From positions 1-18,949 of the forward strand of contig JAWXCN010000109.1 in NCBI GenBank assembly GCA_034408725.1: a stretch of 18,949 nucleotides of DNA, in the 5' to 3' direction. The translations under genes were made by a program, and so were the position numbers. Position 1 is the first letter of the stretch; every line of letters begins with the position of its first letter. The notes beneath the pieces are model-generated. The model ran no database searches. It was not told the DNA's origin and worked only from the letters and a program-made list of their open reading frames with translations. This DNA is from Candidatus Hydrogenedentota bacterium (GTDB lineage Bacteria; Hydrogenedentota; Hydrogenedentia; Hydrogenedentales; SLHB01). Shown here piece by piece: positions 1 to 7,262 of this stretch.

Positions 1-89
1 GCCGCAGTCCAAGGCGCTGCGCGCGGCCAATTGACGTCTAAAATCCGCGCGGAGCGCCTTGGAGTGCGGCAGCGGGTAGCTGCCGCTTT
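1..89. repeat. REP-like inverted repeat pair (REP doublet), left copy truncated by the window edge
   Basis: 1-26 and 45-70 are inverted repeats (24/26 match). The right arm continues into a perfect hairpin GCGGCAGC(66-73)-GGGTA-GCTGCCGC(79-86) followed by TTT. Intergenic location. Confidence 0.7.
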
Positions 90-157
90 CCATTTCCTGA
101 CCAAAGTCGCTTCGCAAATAAACGCGATTACCCTGAGCACACCCCACGTTCGGAACA

Positions 158-186
158 TTCAAATAGATTGTTGACTGTGGTAGACT
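158..186 (+). promoter_or_regulatory. Putative sigma70-type promoter for the 224-4120 operon
   Basis: TTCAAA (158-163), 17-nt spacer, extended -10 TG-n-TAGACT (178-186). SD AGGAG at 209-213 before ATG 224. Confidence 0.4.
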
Positions 187-223
187 CTTTACAAGTCGTT
201 CGCGACGCAGGAGCACGTCCGCG

Positions 224-2557
224 ATGTCCAGCGATTCCTATCAAAAGCCTTTGGATGACCCGTGGCCAGTGTCTGGTGACGCGCCTGCGGTTGTCATTCC
301 CGAGGATGAACCTCCAACTAACGTGAGCCCGGCTATGCTTGCCGCGTTGGCGGCCTTTGTTGGCGTGCTCGTATATTTGCTTTTCCACCTCGGGAACGGT
401 TTGGCGTTTGGCCCGTGGCAGGGGGCGTATCTGGATGCAGCGTTCCCCTATCGCGCGCCGTTAATTTCGCTTTGGACCGGGCGCGCGGTGGCGGCAATTC
501 CGTTTGGCGATGCGGCGCGGAGGTTGTCGTTTGCATCCGTGATGTTGGGGGCGCTTGCATGCGCGATGTTGGCGCTGATGGCGGCGCGCGCATTGGGTGC
601 CCGGCCCGGGGGGATTACGGCGGCGTGCGGGGGCGTGGGCGCGGGCTTGCTGTTTGCACTGACGCCGGCGTGGTCCAACGCGGTCGCGAGCAATTCGCCG
701 GCAATGGTAACGGTCCTGCTGTCGCTGATCGGCCTTGCATTTGTTCAGCACGCGATCGAAACACGTACCGCGGGCTGGCTTGCGTATGGAGGATTGGCAA
801 TCGGGTTCGCCACGGCGAATGATCCATCGTTCGCAATACTTTTTGTGATCGCGCTGTTGGCGGCGCTTGGGACGCTGGGCGAGCGTATATCGGTCGCGCG
901 CGTGTTTGCGCCTTTGCTGTGCGGTTTTGCGGCGCCGGTGCTTGTGCCGTTTGCGCGCTCGCTGGTGTTAGGCGAAGGGTTGGACGGTTTTCTAGCGCAC
1001 GCGATGGCGACGGCTTATCCCACGATTGGCGACGGCGTGCCCCGGCTGGGGTTTGGCCTGGAACTCCGCCCGCAATTTTCCTGGGTCATGCTTGGCGCTA
1101 CCCTTGCCGGCATGACGGCCTTGTTTACACCGGGCATGCGCGGCGCCGCAACTACGTGGGCATTGTTGTTCCTGGCGATGGGGCCTTTTTGGCCGATGCT
1201 TACGAACCAACGGAGTTCGGCATACGTCTTACGGGACACGGATGCAGCGACTTCGATTGCAAGCGCGGCGGTGTGCATTGGCGCGGTTTGGGGTTTGGCG
1301 TGGCTGGCGCGAGTTCTTGCGCGGCGGGACCGTGGCGCAACGATCACAGCGTTAATGGCGTGCGGCGTTGCCATTATGGTTGGCGTGCAATACGCCGCGC
1401 TACCCAAGCGGGACGCGGCTCGCGCGGATGCGCTTGCGCGGAGTATTTTTGCGGACTCCGGAACTAACGCGGTAATCGTTACGGGTGACGCGCGAACGAC
1501 TTCGCTGTTGCGGACTATCCAACTTGCGCGCGGCGTGCGACGTGACCTCGCCGTGGTTTCTGTTCATGCGCTCGAACAACCCGAATGGCGCGCTCGGCTC
1601 GCCGCAACGTACCGGGACGAACTGCGCGTCGTCACGGACTTCCCGCCGGACAACGCGTGGACGCGGTGGCCCGTGGAGCGCCCCAACGAGTTCGGTCTGC
1701 TCAACGCCACACTTCGGGACGGCGGGTTGCAGGAAGGCGATTTTCGCGATCTGCTGCTATGGGAATTCATGCGGGACAACTTTTCGGCGCGGCCAATCCT
1801 TTTCGCGGGCGTAACGTCGGCGTGGCTAACCGCGCGCGGCAAGCCCGTGGGGATGCTGTTGGCTTATCCGCGCGAGGGCGCTGGTGAGGGGAATGCGCTG
1901 GCGCTGGTGACAGCCGCTGGCGCGTTCGACACGGACCAGGAGATGGCCGCGACCAACCTGAGTCTGTTGCTACCCCTCGCGGAAGCGAGCAGACGGCAAA
2001 ACGATGTGCCCCAGGCGGAAAAGCTCGCCGCATTGGCGCGCGAAAATGGGCCAAATAACGCGGGCGCGTGGCTTTCCTCGGCACGAGCGGCGGCGCGGGG
2101 CGGCCGGCGCGAGCAGGCGGTGGCGTTTTCGGCGCGCTATCTTCGCATGGCGAACAATCCACGCGAAATGAAAGACTTCTTGGGGCTGATCGAGGAGGAC
2201 TTGCAGCGGAACGCCCTGGCGGTGGAATTCAGCACGGCGGCAATTCAAACCGAGGTGAACGATGCCACGCGCATGCGGCGCGACCAACTTGCGGAAATGC
2301 TTTGGGGACTGGACGAGTTGTCCGTGCTTGCCACGGGCTACGACGTGGCAATGCAAATTGGTCCTGGAGATTTTGAACTACTTTATGAGCGCGCGGCGGT
2401 AAACGCACAACTGGGCGAGCTGGACATCGCGCGCGCATTGGTTGGCGAAGCGGTGAAGGTAGACTTTCAGAAAGTGTGGTCTCGCATGCAATGGGACGGG
2501 CGTTTTTACCTTCTTGAAGTGAAGCGGCCCGAGTTTACTCCCGGGACGCGGGGGTAG
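224..2557 (+). CDS. DUF2723/TMEM260-like multi-pass membrane protein (GT-C-like) with C-terminal TPR-like helical region
   Basis: 777-aa ORF with SD. Many hydrophobic segments in aa ~35-390. 'IPFGDAARRLSFASVMLGALA', 'LLFALTPAWS' and 'NAVIVTGDARTTSLLRTIQLARGVRRDLAVVS' resemble DUF2723-family segments. Ala-rich helical repeats in the C-terminal third. Confidence 0.6.
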   Translation: MSSDSYQKPLDDPWPVSGDAPAVVIPEDEPPTNVSPAMLAALAAFVGVLVYLLFHLGNGLAFGPWQGAYLDAAFPYRAPLISLWTGRAVAAIPFGDAARRLSFASVMLGALACAMLALMAARALGARPGGITAACGGVGAGLLFALTPAWSNAVASNSPAMVTVLLSLIGLAFVQHAIETRTAGWLAYGGLAIGFATANDPSFAILFVIALLAALGTLGERISVARVFAPLLCGFAAPVLVPFARSLVLGEGLDGFLAHAMATAYPTIGDGVPRLGFGLELRPQFSWVMLGATLAGMTALFTPGMRGAATTWALLFLAMGPFWPMLTNQRSSAYVLRDTDAATSIASAAVCIGAVWGLAWLARVLARRDRGATITALMACGVAIMVGVQYAALPKRDAARADALARSIFADSGTNAVIVTGDARTTSLLRTIQLARGVRRDLAVVSVHALEQPEWRARLAATYRDELRVVTDFPPDNAWTRWPVERPNEFGLLNATLRDGGLQEGDFRDLLLWEFMRDNFSARPILFAGVTSAWLTARGKPVGMLLAYPREGAGEGNALALVTAAGAFDTDQEMAATNLSLLLPLAEASRRQNDVPQAEKLAALARENGPNNAGAWLSSARAAARGGRREQAVAFSARYLRMANNPREMKDFLGLIEEDLQRNALAVEFSTAAIQTEVNDATRMRRDQLAEMLWGLDELSVLATGYDVAMQIGPGDFELLYERAAVNAQLGELDIARALVGEAVKVDFQKVWSRMQWDGRFYLLEVKRPEFTPGTRG

Positions 2558-2581
2558 AGCAGCGCGCGCTGCACCGTAACC

Positions 2582-4120
2582 ATGCACGAAACCCACGACA
2601 CCACGGTGCGCGCGACGGTGCGGTATGTGGGCGCAGCGTTTGCCGGTTGGCAGGTTCAACCCGCCCAACGCACGGTGCAGGGCGTCATTGAATCCGCACT
2701 GGCCCGGATAGCGGGAAAACCTATACGCGTGCATGGCGCCGGACGCACGGACGCCGGCGTGCATGCCCTCGCGCAGGTCATGTCGTTTCACTGGGATGCC
2801 AGGACGGACCTGGACAAACTCGGCCGGTCGTTGTCCAAAATGCTCGCGCCGGATGTGCTGGTTTCTGAACTCGCGATTGCGCCGCGCGATTTTCATGCGC
2901 GCAAATCCGCGACTGGCAAGGTGTACGCATATACATTCTCGACTGCGCGCGATCCCGATCCGTTTACCGCGCCGTTCGCATGGACGGCCCCGAACGGCGT
3001 GGACCTGGAGCGGTTGCGGAGTTTGTGCGCGCAATTCGAGGGCAAGCTCGATTTCGCGGCGTTCCAGTGCGCGGGGGTCGAGAAAGAATCCACCGTCCGA
3101 ACACTATTTTCCGTCCAGGTGGCCCCCGGCGGCGTAATCGCGCCGTCCGACGCAGCGGGCCTATACCACATCACGTTTCACGGCGACGGATTCCTGTACA
3201 AAATGGTGCGCAACATTACCGGCACTCTCATTGACGTTGCCCGCGGCCATCTGCCCGAATCGCGCATCAATGAGATGCTCGCTTCGCCGGGTCCGTACCG
3301 GGGATTTACCGCCCCCGCGCTGGGTCTAGCGCTGGTGCGCGTCGAGTATGGGGCGCATGCGCCACCGCAGTATTCGCTTCAAAGCGTGCAGCGGTACGAA
3401 TGGGTTTTCGGAGAGAATTTTTTGAGTTCCAGCGGCGCGGACGTCGCCCGCGTTGGCGCTGCGATGTTAAAACTTGCTCCGGGACTGCGGGTGCTTGATG
3501 TTGGAAGCGGATTGGGCGGTGCGGCGTTCCACTTCGCGGAAGCCCACGGCGCGCATGTTACGGGTTTCGATGTGTTGGAAAGCATGACGGTAGAGGCGCG
3601 GGCGCGCGCGGACCGGCGATCATGCGCGCTGGTGGAATTCGAGACGGGCGATGTGCTGGCGGCGCCTATCGCGCCAAACTCGTTCGATGCCGTGTACAGC
3701 AAGGATTCATTTCTGCATATCGCGGACAAGCGCGCGTTGGCGGCGCGCTTGTTTCGAATCCTGAAACCGGGAGGCAGGTTGTTCTTCGCAGATTACCTTC
3801 GCGGGCCGCATACATCCTGCGCGGAATTTGAAGACTATGTTTCGGAATCGGGTTACCATTTGGCCACCGAAATGGAATACCGGGCGTTGCTCGAGGAAAC
3901 GGGGTTTGAAGAAGTCGCCCACGCGAATCTGACCACCGATCTGCGCGCGCTGTTGCTGGCGGATATTGCGCGCATCGAGTCACAGGAGGCCGGCGGGGTG
4001 ATCGGGGGCGCGGACCGGGAGTATCTCGCGGACCGGTGGCGCCTGAAAATCCGGTGTTGCGACGCCAACGCGATGCGGTGGGGTTGGTTCTCCGCGCACA
4101 AGCCAATGGCGGCGAGTTGA
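2582..4120 (+). CDS. truA: tRNA pseudouridine(38-40) synthase TruA fused to a C-terminal class I SAM methyltransferase (phosphoethanolamine N-methyltransferase-like)
   Basis: aa 1-256 carry TruA motifs FAGWQVQ, TVQG, GAGRTDAGVHA (catalytic Asp at 2750-2752), FHAR, GFLYKMVRNITG and TAPALGL..VEY. aa 263-512 carry QY...RYEWVFG, VLDVGSGLGG (SAM motif I), YSKDSFLHI and LKPGGRLFFADY. Confidence 0.9.
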   Translation: MHETHDTTVRATVRYVGAAFAGWQVQPAQRTVQGVIESALARIAGKPIRVHGAGRTDAGVHALAQVMSFHWDARTDLDKLGRSLSKMLAPDVLVSELAIAPRDFHARKSATGKVYAYTFSTARDPDPFTAPFAWTAPNGVDLERLRSLCAQFEGKLDFAAFQCAGVEKESTVRTLFSVQVAPGGVIAPSDAAGLYHITFHGDGFLYKMVRNITGTLIDVARGHLPESRINEMLASPGPYRGFTAPALGLALVRVEYGAHAPPQYSLQSVQRYEWVFGENFLSSSGADVARVGAAMLKLAPGLRVLDVGSGLGGAAFHFAEAHGAHVTGFDVLESMTVEARARADRRSCALVEFETGDVLAAPIAPNSFDAVYSKDSFLHIADKRALAARLFRILKPGGRLFFADYLRGPHTSCAEFEDYVSESGYHLATEMEYRALLEETGFEEVAHANLTTDLRALLLADIARIESQEAGGVIGGADREYLADRWRLKIRCCDANAMRWGWFSAHKPMAAS

Positions 4121-4241
4121 GACGGTGAATGGAGGCGAGGGGATGTACCCCGTGATCGATTGATTCCGGCCGCGGCACAATTTAGACTGGCCTGAATCAA
4201 TCCCCGGCCCCAACCGGCATTGCGCGATGCGCGGAGGACCC

Positions 4242-4790
4242 ATGAGCAAAGTACTTGTACCCCTTGCAGATGGCTTGGAAGAAATCGAAGCAATTACGAT
4301 CATCGATCTGCTACGGCGCGCGGAAATTGACGTCGTCACCGCATCCTTGACCGGTGACACCGTGAAAGGAAGTCACGGCATCGTCATTACCGCTGACACA
4401 ACCCTCGACGTCGCCTTGAATAGCGACTATGACATGGTCGTACTGCCCGGCGGCATGCCCGGCGCCGAGCACCTCGACCAGGACAAGCGCGTGCACGCGT
4501 TGCTGCACAAGATGGCCGACAGCGGGAAATTCACCGGCGCGATCTGTGCCGCGCCGAAAGTGCTCGCAAACGCCGGCCTCCTCAATGGCAAGAAGGCAAC
4601 GAGTTACCCCGGGTTTGTCGACAAAATGAACCTGCCCGGCGTGACTTACACCGGCGCTCCCGTGCAATGCGACGGTAAAATCATCACTGGACGCGGCCCT
4701 GGCGCGGCAATGGACTTTACCCTGTCATTGATCGAAGCGCTCGACGGCAAAGAAAAACGCAATAGCGTCGAGAAAGCCCTCATGCGATAG
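4242..4790 (+). CDS. yajL: DJ-1/PfpI family protein (YajL/ThiJ-type glyoxalase III/deglycase)
   Basis: Motifs LADGLEEIEA (catalytic Glu), VVLPGGMPGA, GAICAAP (nucleophile Cys) and ITGRGPG. Start moved to ATG 4242, which follows GGAGG at 4233-4237. Confidence 0.9.
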   Translation: MSKVLVPLADGLEEIEAITIIDLLRRAEIDVVTASLTGDTVKGSHGIVITADTTLDVALNSDYDMVVLPGGMPGAEHLDQDKRVHALLHKMADSGKFTGAICAAPKVLANAGLLNGKKATSYPGFVDKMNLPGVTYTGAPVQCDGKIITGRGPGAAMDFTLSLIEALDGKEKRNSVEKALMR

Positions 4791-4873
4791 CGGTTTCCGA
4801 ACCGGCTGCAAACGGGCAACAAGTTAAATTTGAGATTGAACGGAAACTCTTTGTTTGGCGAGGAAAAGCATTC

Positions 4874-5338
4874 ATGCCAAAATCAAAATCACACGTCCCC
4901 GACGGCTTCCAGGCTGTCGTCCCTTATTTTCACCTCGACGGCGCGGCCCGCTTCCTCGAATTTCTCACGAAAGCATTCGGCGCGGAGGAAACCTTTCGCT
5001 CGCTTACGCCAGACGGCAAGATCATGCACGCAACCGCCCGCATCGGCAACGCAGTCCTCGAAGTGTCTGACGCCACTGCCCAATGGCACGCGATGCCCTG
5101 CGCGATCCATCTCTATCTCCCGGACACGGATGCCGCATACAAAAACGCGCTGAGCGCCGGCGCAACCTCGCTCTACGAACCGACAGACATGTTTTACGGC
5201 GAACGCTCCGGCGGCATCACCGATCCCTTCGGCAACAAATGGTACATTGCCACGCACGTCGAAGACATTCCCGAAGAAGAGATGGAAGAGCGCGCGCAAG
5301 CATACGCAAAAAAACAATCACAGCAACAACAACAATGA
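4874..5338 (+). CDS. VOC (glyoxalase/bleomycin resistance) family protein, PhnB-like
   Basis: Motifs FLTKAFGAEE, DGKIMHA, DMFYGERSGGITDPFGNKWYIATH. Purine-rich SD-like GAGGAAAAG upstream. Confidence 0.9.
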   Translation: MPKSKSHVPDGFQAVVPYFHLDGAARFLEFLTKAFGAEETFRSLTPDGKIMHATARIGNAVLEVSDATAQWHAMPCAIHLYLPDTDAAYKNALSAGATSLYEPTDMFYGERSGGITDPFGNKWYIATHVEDIPEEEMEERAQAYAKKQSQQQQQ

Positions 5339-5400
5339 ACACGAGCACAGAATGTGCCTTTCATCGTTTCCGTGCTCGTCTGTGTTTGTCCGTGTTCATC
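5335..5400. repeat. Small intergenic palindromic element with 10-nt periodic units
   Basis: ATGAACACG (5335-5343) pairs with CGTGTTCAT (5391-5399). ACGAGCAC (5341-5348) pairs with GTGCTCGT (5372-5379). Three tandem decamers TCCGTGCTCG/TCTGTGTTTG/TCCGTGTTCA at 5369-5398. Confidence 0.55.
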
Positions 5401-5416
5401 CAGAAGAATTTATAAT
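5386..5416 (+). promoter_or_regulatory. Putative sigma70 promoter for the TIM-barrel gene
   Basis: Perfect TATAAT at 5411-5416. TTGTCC at 5386-5391 gives a suboptimal 19-nt spacer. SD AGGAG at 5432-5436. Confidence 0.35.
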
Positions 5417-5442
5417 CGCGCCCAAGTGCGCAGGAGACCATA

Positions 5443-6297
5443 ATGTTTTATTCAGGCATCTCCGACGAAGCTGGCAAATCCATCGACACCCAGATCGCCG
5501 CGCATCGCGACCTTGGATGGGACCAATTGGAACTGCGGCTCGTCAACGGCACGAACTTTACCTCCGTGTCCGATGAACTCTCTTGCGAAGTCTACGAAAA
5601 ACTTTCGTCCGAAGGCATGAAAGTTTCCTGCTTCGGCAGCGCGATCGCAAATTGGGCGCGCCCCATCACCTGCGACGCGAATATCGACATCGATGATCTC
5701 GCCCGCGCCATTCCACGTATGCACCGGTTCGGCACGCCATTCATCCGCGTGATGAGTTATCCAAACGATCCCAAGTCACCCATCTCCGAACCCGAATGGC
5801 GCGCTGAAGCCATCAAACGCATAAGAACGCTCGCCAAAATGGCCGAAGACGGCGGCATCATCCTCTGCCACGAGAACTGCAGCGGATGGGGCGGCCTTTC
5901 CGCGGACCACAGCAACATCCTCCTCGGAGAAGTCAACAGCCCCGCGCTTAAAGTAGTGTTCGACACCGGCAACCCGGTCACCTACGGACAAAACTCCTGG
6001 GACTACTATCAGAGCGTGTATAACGACATCGCTTACGTTCATATCAAGGACGCCAAAAAAATCAATGGCGAAGACCAGTACACCTATTGCGGCGAAGGTG
6101 ATGGCAACGTCCCCGAAATTGTGGCCGATCTACTTGCCAGGGGTTACGACGGCGGCTTCTCCATCGAACCCCATCTCGCCGCGATCATCCACACCGGTCA
6201 AAACGCGGACAGCGACGCCGCGCTCTACGATTCGTACACGGAATACGGGCGGCGCTTCATGAAAATCGTCGAGCAAGCGCAAGCGCATAGCGCATAA
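5443..6297 (+). CDS. Sugar phosphate isomerase/epimerase family protein (xylose isomerase-like/AP_endonuc_2 TIM barrel)
   Basis: Metal-ligand motifs CHENC, VFDTGN, VHIKD and SIEPH. N-terminal SGISDEA. Good SD. Confidence 0.88.
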   Translation: MFYSGISDEAGKSIDTQIAAHRDLGWDQLELRLVNGTNFTSVSDELSCEVYEKLSSEGMKVSCFGSAIANWARPITCDANIDIDDLARAIPRMHRFGTPFIRVMSYPNDPKSPISEPEWRAEAIKRIRTLAKMAEDGGIILCHENCSGWGGLSADHSNILLGEVNSPALKVVFDTGNPVTYGQNSWDYYQSVYNDIAYVHIKDAKKINGEDQYTYCGEGDGNVPEIVADLLARGYDGGFSIEPHLAAIIHTGQNADSDAALYDSYTEYGRRFMKIVEQAQAHSA

Positions 6298-6315
6298 AAA
6301 AAGGGAGGCGGCATT

Positions 6316-6489
6316 ATGGCAGTCATGCGATGGACCAAGATTCGCACGTTCTTCGGAGTAGTATTTGCTATCGTCGTACTCGTCGGGTTCGTGGCCATCG
6401 CCGCCGCGCTCTTTAACGTCCGACTTCCCATTCTCGGCGAGATCACCGACGCCGTGGCATCCGCCCGGGAGAATAATCCGATTGAATAA
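6316..6489 (+). CDS. Small (57 aa) single-pass membrane protein, not in the ORF track
   Basis: SD AAGGGAGG (6301-6308), ATG 6316, TAA 6487-6489. Translation MAVMRWTKIRTFFGVVFAIVVLVGFVAIAAALFNVRLPILGEITDAVASARENNPIE has a basic N-terminus and one ~22-aa hydrophobic helix. Lies 18 nt after the upstream stop. Confidence 0.65.
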   Translation: MAVMRWTKIRTFFGVVFAIVVLVGFVAIAAALFNVRLPILGEITDAVASARENNPIE

Positions 6490-6584
6490 GGAGAAGAAGG
6501 TCGACGAGCGCGCTTGTCGTTGTATCCCAAAACATCATTCCCGCGAGCGCCGAATAGCAGAATAGAAATAGTTAATTTTCCATC

Positions 6585-6941
6585 TCACTCTTTTTTGTCA
6601 TTCTTAATCGGCACGCGCAACAATGTGAACAAATTGATGTAGATGTTGGCGATCCACACCAGCGCAAACCCCGCTACCATGTACCCTGCCAATTGCGATA
6701 CAGCATCTGGAAAACGCGTAACAAACAGCACGAAGACCACGATATAGTGGCTAAAACAGTATGGGCATGTGAATAGGTAAAGAAACTTTCGCCCTACCAA
6801 GGTCCTCGCAGCCGCGCTTCGACGTTCGCACCACTCGCGGAACTCTTTGAACAGCTATTCATTCGTTACGGTCCAACTGACTGACGCAACCGGGACCGCC
6901 AAAATCAGCAGCCAACCAATCTGTGAACCGAGTGATAACAC
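6585..6941 (-). pseudogene. Interrupted small membrane protein with CxxC motif (FTCPYCFSHY; DUF1360-like), in-frame TAG at codon 29
   Basis: Frame from GTG 6941 reads MLSLGSQIGWLLILAVPVASVSWTVTNE*LFKEFREWCERRS...RKFLYLFTCPYCFSHY, continuous with the 6585..6800 ORF except for the TAG at 6855-6857. Start codon uncertain. Confidence 0.65.
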
Positions 6942-7030
6942 CTTGATACCGTGACCTAATATTCTGCAAGAAGTCGCCAGACAATGGACTGCCCGTCTGT
7001 CAGGCTATGGATGAATGACGGCCGCTCCGT

Positions 7031-7235
7031 TTAGCGCCTACGATACGCGGGCGGCCGTTTATCGAGGACTACTATTTTGAAATCCGTCTTGGACAGGGCT
7101 TAGGCAAGTAAAGCGCCTGTAATGCCACTGCCGATAATCACTATGTTGCACTGGATATCTTTGGTAAGTTTCCGATATTGGGGGGGGCACGTTTCCCATT
7201 TAGCCAAATAGACTCGCCGGAATGTAAATTTTCAC
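7031..7235 (-). pseudogene. Remnant N-terminus of an FAD-dependent oxidoreductase (DAO/PuuB-like Rossmann fold)
   Basis: Minus strand reads NLHSGESIWLNGKRAPP, then a frameshift in the G8 run (7180-7187), then YRKLTKDIQCNIVIIGSGITGALLA*ALSKTDFKIVVLDKR. GxGxxG at 7115-7132, in-frame TAA at 7100-7102, truncated near 7031. Confidence 0.75.
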
Positions 7236-7262
7236 TTGACAGATAGCTCGCTAAATCCCGGT

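Noticed and set aside
5321-5335. CAG(CAA)4 microsatellite encoding a poly-Gln tail
   Set aside because: Very short, in frame, and at a disordered C-terminus, with no evidence of function.
6855-6857. Pyrrolysine or amber recoding of the in-frame TAG
   Set aside because: TAG serves as a normal stop in this window (2557, 4790), no pyl genes are visible, and the adjacent gene is also decayed. A nonsense mutation or sequencing error is simpler.
7018-7060. ACGGCCGC/GCGGCCGT inverted repeat as a terminator
   Set aside because: The loop is long, the U-tract is short, there is no + strand gene to terminate, and one arm is pseudogene coding sequence.
7180-7187. G8 tract as a phase-variation switch
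   Set aside because: Restoring the frame would still meet the TAA at 7100-7102 and the truncation, so no functional ON state exists.
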